Shown: positions 20,033-29,457 of the stretch, piece after piece
Layout: each line of letters starts with the position of its first letter
How positions within the stretch are numbered: the first letter of the stretch is position 1
From: Hydrogenophaga sp.
GTDB lineage: Bacteria > Pseudomonadota > Gammaproteobacteria > Burkholderiales > Burkholderiaceae_C
Reading direction: 5' to 3'
Assembly (NCBI GenBank): GCA_030653975.1
Contig: JAURYH010000051.1
Location: 7,811 to 71,810, forward strand
DNA: 64,000 nucleotides
Notes under the pieces: generated by a model
The model's database searches: none
Told to the model about the DNA's origin: nothing
Seen by the model: only the letters and a program-made list of their open reading frames with translations
Program-made: the position numbers and the translations under genes

Positions 20033-20992
20033 ATGACCACTGCACTACTTGCACCTGCTGCCTTGCCGTCCAGCACACTGGCTGTGGCCAGCCCATGGGC
20101 GAGCCGTTCGCTGACGCTGCCCGCGCTGGGCAACCTGGACGCCTACATTTCGGCCGTCAACCGCATGCCACTGCTGACGCTGGACGAGGAACAGGGCGCC
20201 GCGCGCCGCCTGCGCGACCACAACGATATCGACGCTGCCGGGCAGCTGGTGATGTCGCACCTGCGGCTGGTGGTGTCGATTGCCCGCCAGTACCTGGGCT
20301 ACGGCCTGCCACACGGCGACCTGATCCAGGAAGGCAATGTCGGCCTGATGAAGGCGGTCAAGCGCTTCGATCCCGAACAGGGCGTGCGTCTGGTGAGCTA
20401 CGCCATGCACTGGATCAAGGCCGAGATCCACGAATACATCCTGAAGAACTGGCGCATGGTCAAGGTGGCCACGACCAAGGCCCAGCGCAAGCTGTTTTTC
20501 AACCTGCGCTCGATGAAACAGGGCTTCCGCGCCGAGGCGCTGGACGGCGATACACACCGCGAGGCGTTTTCCGACGGCGAGGTGGACGTGGTCGCACGCG
20601 ACCTGAAGGTCAAGCCCGCCGAAGTGCGTGAAATGGAAACGCGGCTTTCAGGTGGTGACGTGGTGCTGGACCCGAGCCCGGGCGACGATGGCGAAGACGG
20701 CTTCGGCCCCATTGCCTATCTGGCCGACGCCACCCACGAACCCACGGCGATGATCGAGTCGGCACAACGCGACGTGCTGGCCACGGAAGGCATTGCCACC
20801 GCCATGAGCGAGCTGGACGAGCGCTCGCGCCGCATCGTGACCGAGCGCTGGCTGAAGGTGAACGACGACGGCTCGGGCGGCATGACGCTGCACGAACTGG
20901 CGGCCGAATACGGTGTGAGCGCCGAGCGCGTGCGCCAGATCGAGGTCGCGGCCATGAAGAAGATGCGCAAGGCGCTGGCCGCCTTCGCCTGA
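20033..20992 (+). CDS. rpoH: RNA polymerase sigma-32 factor
   Basis: AGGAGG RBS. DLIQEGNVGLMKAVKRFDP and the RpoH box VKVATTKAQRKLFFNLRS. Confidence 0.97.
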   Translation: MTTALLAPAALPSSTLAVASPWASRSLTLPALGNLDAYISAVNRMPLLTLDEEQGAARRLRDHNDIDAAGQLVMSHLRLVVSIARQYLGYGLPHGDLIQEGNVGLMKAVKRFDPEQGVRLVSYAMHWIKAEIHEYILKNWRMVKVATTKAQRKLFFNLRSMKQGFRAEALDGDTHREAFSDGEVDVVARDLKVKPAEVREMETRLSGGDVVLDPSPGDDGEDGFGPIAYLADATHEPTAMIESAQRDVLATEGIATAMSELDERSRRIVTERWLKVNDDGSGGMTLHELAAEYGVSAERVRQIEVAAMKKMRKALAAFA

Positions 20993-21014
20993 ACCGGCCC
21001 AGACCGGCCCCCAG

Positions 21015-21048
21015 GCCCCAGCCGACACCACGCCGGCTGGGGCTTTTT
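21015..21048 (+). terminator. Intrinsic terminator of rpoH
   Basis: GCCCCAGCCG/CGGCTGGGGC stem followed by TTTTT. Confidence 0.8.
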
Positions 21049-21149
21049 CACGTCTGCGGGGGCCGAAAACAGGTCACAACCCGCAGGCAATGGCCCCCGG
21101 CGCCAACTATGACCGCTCGTCCCCCAACCCGTGGCGACAAAATCGGAGG

Positions 21150-22952
21150 ATGCTTGACACGAATCCGGTGGCCCGGGCAACCGCCCCGCACGCCCACACC
21201 CCTTTGCAAACACCCGCGCGCCGTTTCATGGCGTGGCTGCTCTGGCTGACGCTGTCGCTGTGCGGCAGCGCATTCGCCGTGCCCGCCACCACCCCCTCCG
21301 GCCTGCCCCCGGTAGTCCTCGACGGCTCCATGAAAAGCGTGTCACTGGCCCAGCGCAGTGCCTGGTGGGTGGACCCCGGCGGCCAGCTCACGGTGCAGGA
21401 CGTGGAGCAGCGCCAGGCCGATCTGCCTTTCGGCTTGCGTGCGGGTCAACACCGCCTGCGGCTGGAAGGCAAGGCCGCGCTCTGGATCGGCTTCACCGCC
21501 TGGACCCAGGACAACCGCTCGCACTGGGAGCTGGAGCTGGCGCGCTCGGGAACCGACCGCGTCAGCCTGTTCCACCGCGGCGCCGACGGCAGCTGGCGGG
21601 AGCAGCACGCAGGCGACCGTTTGCCGGTGAGCGCCTGGGCGTCTCCCGACCGCTATCCCGTGTTCAAGCTGGCCTCGCGCAGCGACGGGCCGGTGGCCTA
21701 CTGGGTGCGCATCGAACACGCGCGTGTGCCGTTCTCTGGCGAGCTGTTCATCCACAGCCACGACCAGTTGCGCGAGCAGCGCATCCTGCAGCAGTTCATG
21801 CTGGGCGCCTATTTCGGCATGACCTTGCTGCTCGTCGTGGTGGCGGTGGCCAACGCGCTGGTGTTCCGCGACAGCAGCTTCGCCGCCTACGCGGTCTACA
21901 TCACGCTGCTGGGGCTGTCGCTGGCCGCTTCGCTGGGGGTGGGTGGGCAATTCCTGTGGCCCGATTCCGCGCGCTGGAACGGTTCCGCCGAGTTCGTGCT
22001 GATGCCGCTGGCGGTGGTGGCCGGGCTGCTGTTCGTGCGCCACCTGGTGCAGCCTCGGCGCATCGGGCGCTGGCTGGACCGTCTCGCGCTCACCCTGGCC
22101 GCGGTGATGCTGGGCCTGACAGCCTGGGACCAGGTGGCCCCGTCCCAATGGAGTTTCGAGGCCATCACCACCACGGGCGCGCTGACCATGCTGCTGGTGT
22201 ACGTCATGCTCTGGACCGTCTGGCGCAGCCAGGAGGGCTGGGTGCGCTGGGTCGCCCTGGGCATCCTGCCGGTGCTGCTGGCCGGCGCGTTGCCGGTGAT
22301 GCGCAACTTCGGGCTCATCTCCTCGGGCTTTCTCTCCCAATACGGCATGGTGATCGCTGCGGCCATCGAAGCGCCTTTGCTGATCTATGGCCTGCTGCAG
22401 CGCTCGTCCATGCAGCACGAGTCGCAAACCCGCGCCAAGGCGCTGACGCTGACCGAGCCGCTCACCGGCCTGACCAACCGGCACAACTTCATGCTGCGCC
22501 TGCACGAGAGCCTGATCCGCGCCCAGCGCTACCGCCACCGCAGTGCGCTGTTGCTGATCGATCTGGACAACCACACCTGGTTCGAGCAGGAGCACGGCAG
22601 GGAGGTCGCCGACAGTGCTCTGGTGCTCACGGGCTCGCTGCTGCGCTCGGTCGCGCGGGATGTGGACACCGCCGCGCGGGTTGATGACCACAGCTTTGCC
22701 TTGTTGATGGAAGGGCCGGTCCGCTCGGCGCAGGCGGTGGCCGCGGCCACGAGCATCGTTGCGGGTGGCCTGCGCCCGTCTTCGCAACTGCCCGTGGCGA
22801 CCACGCTGCGCTGCAAGGTGGTGGTGGCCCTGCTGCCCGAGGAGACGTTGGGTCTTCAGGAGAACGCCCAGGCCCACCTGGACTGGCTGCGCATCGCGCT
22901 GGACGAGTTGAAGAAAACCCCGCCCAAGAGCATCCAGACGCTGAACTGCTGA
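21150..22952 (+). CDS. 7TM-DISM receptor with degenerate GGDEF domain
   Basis: Signal-like N-terminus, extracellular domain, about 7 TM helices, then EPLTGLTNRH...LLLIDLD...ARVDDHSFA. Start uncertain. Confidence 0.82.
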   Translation: MLDTNPVARATAPHAHTPLQTPARRFMAWLLWLTLSLCGSAFAVPATTPSGLPPVVLDGSMKSVSLAQRSAWWVDPGGQLTVQDVEQRQADLPFGLRAGQHRLRLEGKAALWIGFTAWTQDNRSHWELELARSGTDRVSLFHRGADGSWREQHAGDRLPVSAWASPDRYPVFKLASRSDGPVAYWVRIEHARVPFSGELFIHSHDQLREQRILQQFMLGAYFGMTLLLVVVAVANALVFRDSSFAAYAVYITLLGLSLAASLGVGGQFLWPDSARWNGSAEFVLMPLAVVAGLLFVRHLVQPRRIGRWLDRLALTLAAVMLGLTAWDQVAPSQWSFEAITTTGALTMLLVYVMLWTVWRSQEGWVRWVALGILPVLLAGALPVMRNFGLISSGFLSQYGMVIAAAIEAPLLIYGLLQRSSMQHESQTRAKALTLTEPLTGLTNRHNFMLRLHESLIRAQRYRHRSALLLIDLDNHTWFEQEHGREVADSALVLTGSLLRSVARDVDTAARVDDHSFALLMEGPVRSAQAVAAATSIVAGGLRPSSQLPVATTLRCKVVVALLPEETLGLQENAQAHLDWLRIALDELKKTPPKSIQTLNC

Positions 22953-22958
22953 AGCCGC

Positions 22959-23987
22959 TCAGGGCGTGAGTTCGACCAGTTCGATGGTCGGCATCACCGC
23001 CAGACGCGCCGGCAAACCGATCGTTCCGATGCCGGGTGTGACCAGGAGCGTCCCCGAAGGGGTGTCGTAGAGGCCGTTCCACCAGGGCTGCCGCGTGTTC
23101 GTGTTGCGCAGCACCCAGGGTGTGAAGCCGGGAATCCAGATCTGTCCGCCGTGCGTGTGTCCGGCCACCGAGAGGTGGGCGGCACCCGGCGGCAGCAGCG
23201 CCACCGTGTCGGGCTGGTGGGTCACCACCAGGCGGTTGTCCTGATTCGTGGAAAGTCCAGAGGCCTGAGGCCAGAGCGCGCGAATCTGCGCCTCGGGCCG
23301 ACCACCCCAGCCGTCGTCCAGACCGACCAGTTCCCAGCCTTTCCAGGCCAGGCGCCTTCCTTCCAGCAATTGCACGCCATGGGCCTGCAGCGCCTCGCGC
23401 AGCGGTTCGGTCAGGTCCGGCCCCGGCGCTTCGACATCGTGGTTGCCGAGCACGCCGAACACCGGATGCCGGATGGCGGCCAGCGGGGCAAGACCGGCCT
23501 TCAAGTCCAGGGGAGGTTCATGGGTCCAGTCACCGGCCACCAGCACCGCGTCCACCTCCAGCGCATTGAGCTGGCGCACCAGGCGTTCGAGCTGGTGATC
23601 GCGGAAGAACAGGCCCCAGTGGATGTCGGCGATGACGGCCAGGCGCACGGGCTGGGCGCCCGGGGGCAAGCCGGTGATCGTCGTCTGCCGCACCCGCGAA
23701 AGACCGGGCTCCACCAGCGAGGACCACAGACCCACCATCACCAGCAAGGCCGCCACACCAGCCTTCCAGCGCAGGAACCCGCGCCCGGTCACCGCGACGC
23801 CCACCAGGCCCATCAGCAGGAAAGCCCCGGCCAGCCTTGGCACCCAGTAAAGCCAGAGCATCACCAGGTTGCGCAACCAGAAACCTGGCGTGTGCCAGCG
23901 GTCCTGGTAGTCCCAGAGGCTGACGGCCAGCGCCAGCACCAGGCCCAGCGCGAACAGCCACCAGACCCAGCGCAGCGCCCGGCTCAT
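22959..23987 (-). CDS. Membrane-anchored metallophosphoesterase (YkuE-like)
   Basis: ADIH, AGDW, LGNHD and GHTHGGQ motifs. Confidence 0.9.
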   Translation of the reverse strand: MSRALRWVWWLFALGLVLALAVSLWDYQDRWHTPGFWLRNLVMLWLYWVPRLAGAFLLMGLVGVAVTGRGFLRWKAGVAALLVMVGLWSSLVEPGLSRVRQTTITGLPPGAQPVRLAVIADIHWGLFFRDHQLERLVRQLNALEVDAVLVAGDWTHEPPLDLKAGLAPLAAIRHPVFGVLGNHDVEAPGPDLTEPLREALQAHGVQLLEGRRLAWKGWELVGLDDGWGGRPEAQIRALWPQASGLSTNQDNRLVVTHQPDTVALLPPGAAHLSVAGHTHGGQIWIPGFTPWVLRNTNTRQPWWNGLYDTPSGTLLVTPGIGTIGLPARLAVMPTIELVELTP

Positions 23988-24009
23988 GGGCGGCATGCGG
24001 GCGTTTGCG

Positions 24010-25557
24010 TCAGGCCTCTCGGCGCAGCGCAGGGAACAGGATCACGTCGCGGATGCTCGGGCTGTCGGTCAGCAGCATCATCAGGCGGTCGATGCCGATG
24101 CCGCAGCCGCCGGCCGGGGGCATGCCGTACTCCAGCGCGCGGATGAAGTCGGCGTCGTAGTACATGGCTTCTTCGTCACCACCGTCCTTGGCCGACACCT
24201 GCGCGTGGAAACGTGCGGCCTGGTCTTCGGCGTCGTTCAGCTCCGAGAAGGCGTTGCCGAATTCGCGGCCGGTGATGTAGAGCTCGAAGCGTTCGGTCAC
24301 TTCGGGGCGGTCGTCGTTGGCGCGCGCCAGCGGTGAAATTTCCGTCGGATGCTCCATGATGAAGGTCGGGTTCCAGAGCTTCTCTTCCACCGTCTCTTCG
24401 AAATACAGCACCTGCAGGCTGGCCAGGCTGCGCGTGCTGAGCTGGTGTTTGGCTTCGGTCATGCCCAGCGTCTTCAGCGCGGGAATCAGCCACTCAGGGT
24501 TGTCCACGCCCTCGCCCGCCTCGGTGTACTTCAGGATCGCTTCGCGGATGGTCAGGCGCTCGAACGGTGAAGTCACGTCCACCGGTTTGCCGTTGTAGCT
24601 CAGCGGCGTGTCGCCATGCACCTGGCGCACCACGTGGCGGATCAGCTGCTCGTTGAAGTCCATCAGGTCGTGGTAGTTCCAGTACGCCGCGTAGAACTCC
24701 ATCATGGTGAATTCGGGGTTGTGGCGGACGCTGATGCCTTCGTTGCGGAAGTTGCGGTTGATCTCGAACACGCGGTCAAACCCTCCCACCAGCAGGCGCT
24801 TGAGGAACAGCTCGGGCGCGATGCGCAGGAACATCTCCTGGTCGAGCGCGTTGTGGTGCGTCTTGAAGGGCTTGGCGTTGGCGCCACCAGGGATGGGGTG
24901 CAGCATCGGCGTTTCCACTTCGAGGAAGCCGTGGCTGACCATGAAGTCGCGGATGCTGGACAGCGCCTGGCTGCGGGTGACGAAGCGCTTGCGGGCGCTC
25001 TCGTCGGTCATCAGGTCCACATAACGCTGGCGGTACTTGATTTCCTGGTCGTGGATGCCGTGGAACTTGTCGGGCAGCGGGCGCAGGCTCTTGGTGAGCA
25101 GGCGGATCCGGTCCGCGTGGATGGTCAGCTCGCCGGTGCGCGTGCGCATGAGCACGCCTTCGGCGGCGATGATGTCGCCCAGGTCCCAGTGCTTGAAGGT
25201 CTCCAGCATCGGTGCGCCCACGCTGTCGGTGTTCAGGTAGATCTGGATGCGGCCGCCGCTCGGACCAAATGACGCATCCTGCAGGGTGGCGAAGCTGGCC
25301 TTGCCCATCACGCGCTTGAGCATCATGCGGCCCGACACGCAGGCGCGCACCGGCGTGGCCTCCAGCGATTCCTTGGTGGCTTGCGCGTGTGTGGCAAACA
25401 GCGCCTCGGCCTTGTCCACCGGCTTGAAGTCGTTCGGGAACGCCACGCCCTCGCCACGCTGCTGCGCCTCGCGCAGCGCCTTGAGCTTCTCGCGCCGCTC
25501 CGCAATCAGCTGGTTGTCGTCGGTGGCGGGGGTGGCGTGGGCGTGTTCGGTGGTCAT
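24010..25557 (-). CDS. lysS: Lysine--tRNA ligase (class II)
   Basis: [15 protein letters not shown] and GIGIDRL motifs. Confidence 0.98.
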   Translation of the reverse strand: MTTEHAHATPATDDNQLIAERREKLKALREAQQRGEGVAFPNDFKPVDKAEALFATHAQATKESLEATPVRACVSGRMMLKRVMGKASFATLQDASFGPSGGRIQIYLNTDSVGAPMLETFKHWDLGDIIAAEGVLMRTRTGELTIHADRIRLLTKSLRPLPDKFHGIHDQEIKYRQRYVDLMTDESARKRFVTRSQALSSIRDFMVSHGFLEVETPMLHPIPGGANAKPFKTHHNALDQEMFLRIAPELFLKRLLVGGFDRVFEINRNFRNEGISVRHNPEFTMMEFYAAYWNYHDLMDFNEQLIRHVVRQVHGDTPLSYNGKPVDVTSPFERLTIREAILKYTEAGEGVDNPEWLIPALKTLGMTEAKHQLSTRSLASLQVLYFEETVEEKLWNPTFIMEHPTEISPLARANDDRPEVTERFELYITGREFGNAFSELNDAEDQAARFHAQVSAKDGGDEEAMYYDADFIRALEYGMPPAGGCGIGIDRLMMLLTDSPSIRDVILFPALRREA

Positions 25558-25636
25558 GGTGTGGGGCAATGAAAAACGGGTTGCGCCCAAAAAGCGCAAC
25601 CCGTCATTGTAAGTTCCCGAGCGAAGTGCCCCCAAC

Positions 25637-25683
25637 CCAGAACGCTTTGGTCCCGGCTTCGCCGGGCCGCAGCGCGGCGGGGG
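25637..25683 (-). repeat. Structured intergenic repeat, family A variant
   Basis: Minus strand ...GCGGCCCGGCGAAGCCGGGACCAAAGCGTTCTGGG; truncated relative to the other copies. Confidence 0.6.
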
Positions 25684-26400
25684 TCAGTGTCCCAAGTAAG
25701 CTTCGCGGACCTTCGGATCCACCAGCAAATCCTGGCCGGTGCCGGTCATGGTGATTTCGCCCGAATCCATCACGTAGCCGCGGTTGGCGATCTGCAGCGC
25801 GCGCTGGGCGTTCTGCTCCACCAGCAGGATGGTGACCCCCTGGGCCGACACATCGCGCACCACCTCGAAGATCTTGTCCACCATGATGGGCGAGAGGCCC
25901 ATGGACGGCTCGTCCAGCAGCAGCACCTTGGGCTGGCTCATCAGCGCACGCGCCATCGCCAGCATCTGCTGTTCGCCGCCGCTCATCGTTCCGGCCAGCT
26001 GGTCCTTGCGCTCATTCAGGCGCGGGAAGATGCCGAACATGCGCTCGATGTCGTTGGCGATGCCCGCCTTGTCCTTGCGGATGTAGGCGCCCATCTGCAG
26101 GTTTTCGGTGATGGTCATGCGCGTGAACACGCCCCTGCCTTCGGGCACCATGGCCAGCCCCAGCCGGACCAGGTCCCAGGCACCACGGCCCTTGATGCTC
26201 TGGCCCAGGTATTCGATGTCGCCGCCTTCAAAGGCCAGCGAACCGGTGACGGCCTTCATGGTGGTGGTCTTGCCCGCGCCGTTGGAGCCGATCAGCGAGA
26301 TCAGCTCGCCCTCGCGCACTTCCAGGTCGACACCCTTGACGGCCTTGATGCCGCCGTAAGAGACTTTCAGGCCGCTGATTTTGAGTAGTGTGTTTGCCAT
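25684..26400 (-). CDS. livF: Branched-chain amino acid ABC ATPase
   Basis: GSNGAGKTT, MSGGEQQML and LLDEPSMGL. Confidence 0.92.
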   Translation of the reverse strand: MANTLLKISGLKVSYGGIKAVKGVDLEVREGELISLIGSNGAGKTTTMKAVTGSLAFEGGDIEYLGQSIKGRGAWDLVRLGLAMVPEGRGVFTRMTITENLQMGAYIRKDKAGIANDIERMFGIFPRLNERKDQLAGTMSGGEQQMLAMARALMSQPKVLLLDEPSMGLSPIMVDKIFEVVRDVSAQGVTILLVEQNAQRALQIANRGYVMDSGEITMTGTGQDLLVDPKVREAYLGH

Positions 26401-26412
26401 GTTCTTGTGTCC

Positions 26413-27183
26413 TCAGCTACCGCCCGTGCCCAGGTAGGCCTCAATCACTTTCGGGTCCTTCTGCACATCGGCCGGTGTCCCCGAAGACAGCTGTTTGCCG
26501 TAGTCGAGCACGGTCACGCGGTCGCACAGGCCCATCACCAGCTTCACGTCGTGCTCGATCAGCAGGATGGTGCGGTTGTCGTTGCGGATGCGGTCGATCA
26601 GCTCGCGCAGCAGCACCTTTTCGGTGGCGTTCATGCCGGCGGCGGGCTCGTCCAGCGCGATCAGCTGCGGATCGGTGGCCAGGGCGCGCGCGATCTCCAG
26701 CCTGCGCTGGTCACCGTAGCTCAGCGTGCGCGACTTGTAGTCAGCGAACTTGGCGATACCCACGTAGTCAAGCAGCTCGCGCGCCCGCTCCCTGATCTGC
26801 GCCTCTTCGCGCTTGAAGCCGGGCGTGCGGAACACCGCACCGATCAGGCCGGAGTGGGTGCGCACATGGCGCCCCACCATCACATTTTCCAGCGCCGTCA
26901 TTTCGGCGAACAGGCGGATGTTCTGGAAGGTGCGCGCGATACCGGCCTTGGCCACTTCGTGCACGGCGGAGGGCGTGTAGGGCTTGCCCGCCAGTTCAAA
27001 CGTGCCGCTGTCGGGCGTGTACAGCCCGGTGAGCACGTTGAAAAAGGTGGTCTTGCCCGCGCCGTTGGGTCCGATCAGTCCGTAGACCTGACCGCGTTCG
27101 ATGGTGATGCCGACATCGCTCAGGGCCTGCAGGCCCCCGAAGCGTTTGGAGACGTTGGCGACTTTGAGAATGGTTTCAGACAT
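26413..27183 (-). CDS. livG: Branched-chain amino acid ABC ATPase
   Basis: GPNGAGKTT, RTFQNIRLF, LSYGDQRRLEIARA and DEPAAG. Confidence 0.92.
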   Translation of the reverse strand: MSETILKVANVSKRFGGLQALSDVGITIERGQVYGLIGPNGAGKTTFFNVLTGLYTPDSGTFELAGKPYTPSAVHEVAKAGIARTFQNIRLFAEMTALENVMVGRHVRTHSGLIGAVFRTPGFKREEAQIRERARELLDYVGIAKFADYKSRTLSYGDQRRLEIARALATDPQLIALDEPAAGMNATEKVLLRELIDRIRNDNRTILLIEHDVKLVMGLCDRVTVLDYGKQLSSGTPADVQKDPKVIEAYLGTGGS

Positions 27184-27198
27184 GCAACTTGACTCCGC

Positions 27199-28284
27199 TC
27201 ATTTCGCCAGTGACTTGCCATGCTCCGGCGAGGGCCACAAGCCCTTGGGACGGATCAGCATCACCACCACCATGGCCAGCGCAATCAGCAGCTGGCGCAG
27301 GATTTCCGGGCCCAGGCGGCCACCGGTCCATTCGGTCAGCGGACCGGCCACGTGCCGCAACACCTCGGGCAGACCGGCCAGCAACAGGGCCCCCAGAATC
27401 ACGCCAGGGATGTGGCCAATGCCACCCACCACCACCATCGCCACGACCATCACCGACTCCATCAGCGAGAAGGACTCGGGCGACACGAAGCGCTGGAACG
27501 ACGCGAACAACACGCCCGACACACCGCCAAAGGTGGCGCCCATGCCGAAGGCCAGCAGCTTGAGGTTGCGCGTGTTCAGGCCCATCGCCTTGGCGGCGAT
27601 TTCGTCTTCACGGATGGCCATCCAGGCGCGGCCGATGCGCGAGTCCTGCAGGCGGTAGGAGAGGATCACCGCACCCACCACGAAAAACAGGAACAGGTAG
27701 TAATACAGCGTGACGGGCTGGAAGGTGTAGTCACCGATGGTCAGGCGCTTGCCCAGGTCGAGGCCAAAGACCGAGATGGTGTCGATCTGGCTGATGCCCT
27801 TGGGGCCGTTGGTGATGTTCACCGGGCGGTCCATGTTGAGCAGGAAGATGCGGATGATTTCGCCAAAACCCAGGGTGATGATGGCCAGGTAGTCACCACG
27901 CAACTTGAGCGTGGGCGCACCCAGGATGACCCCCACGATGCCCGCGACCCCCGCCGCCAGGATCATCACCAGCCAGATGCTGATGTGGATGCCGTTGGGG
28001 AACATGGCCGCGATGGCCGGGAAGGTGTCGGTGAGGTGGGGCGAGCCCACCAGCGCGAAGATGTAACCCCCCACCGCGAAAAAGGCGATGTAGCCCAGGT
28101 CCAGCAGGCCGGCGTAGCCGACCACGATGTTCAGGCCCAGCGCCAGCAGCACATAGAGCAGCGCGATGTCGACAATGCGCACCCAGGAGTTGCTCCCGGT
28201 CGATTGCAGGATGATGGGCAACAACAGCAGCGCGACAGCGCCCAGCAGGAAGGCGATGAGTTTTCCGTATTTGGTGTTCATCAT
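27199..28284 (-). CDS. livM: Branched-chain amino acid ABC permease
   Basis: GYAGLLDLGY, LRGDYLAIITLGFGEIIR and AIREDEIAA. Confidence 0.92.
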   Translation of the reverse strand: MMNTKYGKLIAFLLGAVALLLLPIILQSTGSNSWVRIVDIALLYVLLALGLNIVVGYAGLLDLGYIAFFAVGGYIFALVGSPHLTDTFPAIAAMFPNGIHISIWLVMILAAGVAGIVGVILGAPTLKLRGDYLAIITLGFGEIIRIFLLNMDRPVNITNGPKGISQIDTISVFGLDLGKRLTIGDYTFQPVTLYYYLFLFFVVGAVILSYRLQDSRIGRAWMAIREDEIAAKAMGLNTRNLKLLAFGMGATFGGVSGVLFASFQRFVSPESFSLMESVMVVAMVVVGGIGHIPGVILGALLLAGLPEVLRHVAGPLTEWTGGRLGPEILRQLLIALAMVVVMLIRPKGLWPSPEHGKSLAK

Positions 28285-28301
28285 GATGTGTTCCTTGACC
28301 C

Positions 28302-29231
28302 TCAGGCCCGGTCGGCCACACGCTCGCCCAGCAGCCCGGATGGCCGCAGCGTCAGCACCAGGGCCAGCACGATGAAGGCGAAGATGTCGGTGTACTGGCT
28401 GCCCAGCACGCCGCCGGTCAGCTGGCCCAGGTAACCCGCACCCAGCGACTCGATCAGACCCAGGGCGACGCCGCCCACCACGGCACCCGCAAGGTTGCCG
28501 ATGCCGCCCATGACGGCGGCCACGAAGGCCTTCAGGCCGGGCATGAAGCCCATGGCGTGTTGCACCGTGCCGTAGTTCGATGCCCACATCACGCCAGCGA
28601 TGGCCGCGAGCATCGCGCCGATGATGAACGTGGCGGAAATCACCATGTCGGGCTTGATGCCCATGAGCGCCGCCACACGCGGGTTCTCGGCCGTGGCCCG
28701 CATGGCGCGGCCCAGGTTGGTCCGGTTGACCAGCCACATGAGGAAAGCCAGCGTGATGACCGTCGTGGCCAGGATGGTGATCTGCGTCACCGAAATCACG
28801 GCCCCGGCGAACTCGATCGGCTCACGCGAAAGGGTCGACGGGTAGGATTTCGGGTTGGGTGCCCAGATGATCATGGCAAAGGTCTGCAACAGCAGCGACA
28901 TGCCGATGGCGGTGATCAGGGGCGCGAGCCGCGGTGAGTTGCGCAGGGGCCGGTAGGCCAGCTTCTCGATCGTGAAGTTCAGTACGCCACAGACCACCAT
29001 GGCGATCAGCGTGGCCACCAGCAGCAGCAACCAGCCCGGCATGCCGGCCCAGGCACTCGACATCCAGCCGATCAGCGTCCAGCTGGTGAGCGCACCCACC
29101 ATGAGCACGTCACCGTGCGCAAAGTTGATCAGGCCGATGATGCCGTACACCATGGTGTACCCCAGCGCCACCAGCGCATACATACTGCCCAGAACCAGGC
29201 CGTTGATGATCTGCTGCAGCAAAACGTCCAT
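28302..29231 (-). CDS. livH: Branched-chain amino acid ABC permease
   Basis: MDVLLQQIINGLVLGSMYALVALGYTMVYG...NFAHG...GRAMRA. Confidence 0.93.
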   Translation of the reverse strand: MDVLLQQIINGLVLGSMYALVALGYTMVYGIIGLINFAHGDVLMVGALTSWTLIGWMSSAWAGMPGWLLLLVATLIAMVVCGVLNFTIEKLAYRPLRNSPRLAPLITAIGMSLLLQTFAMIIWAPNPKSYPSTLSREPIEFAGAVISVTQITILATTVITLAFLMWLVNRTNLGRAMRATAENPRVAALMGIKPDMVISATFIIGAMLAAIAGVMWASNYGTVQHAMGFMPGLKAFVAAVMGGIGNLAGAVVGGVALGLIESLGAGYLGQLTGGVLGSQYTDIFAFIVLALVLTLRPSGLLGERVADRA

Positions 29232-29290
29232 ACAAACTTCTCCGTGTTTTTTCAGCCGGGCGGGTGCCTGGTCTGTCTGCCTTGAGTTAG

Positions 29291-29338
29291 CAAAAAACCC
29301 GCCAGGCTCGACCTTGAAACAGGACAGACTGCGGGTTG
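29291..29338 (-). terminator. Terminator-like hairpin in the livH leader
   Basis: Minus strand AACCCGC...GCGGGTT-TTTT, downstream of a TACAAT -10-like box (29347-29352). Confidence 0.5.
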
Positions 29339-29457
29339 GTGGGCGGATTGTAGCGAGGCGTTTCAGAGGGTCCGATGCGTGTAAGCCCTTATGCGGCGCG
29401 GGTTTACCCTGATTTTCGATTTCCCGGCGCGGCTGCATCAGCGCGAATCGCGCTTCA

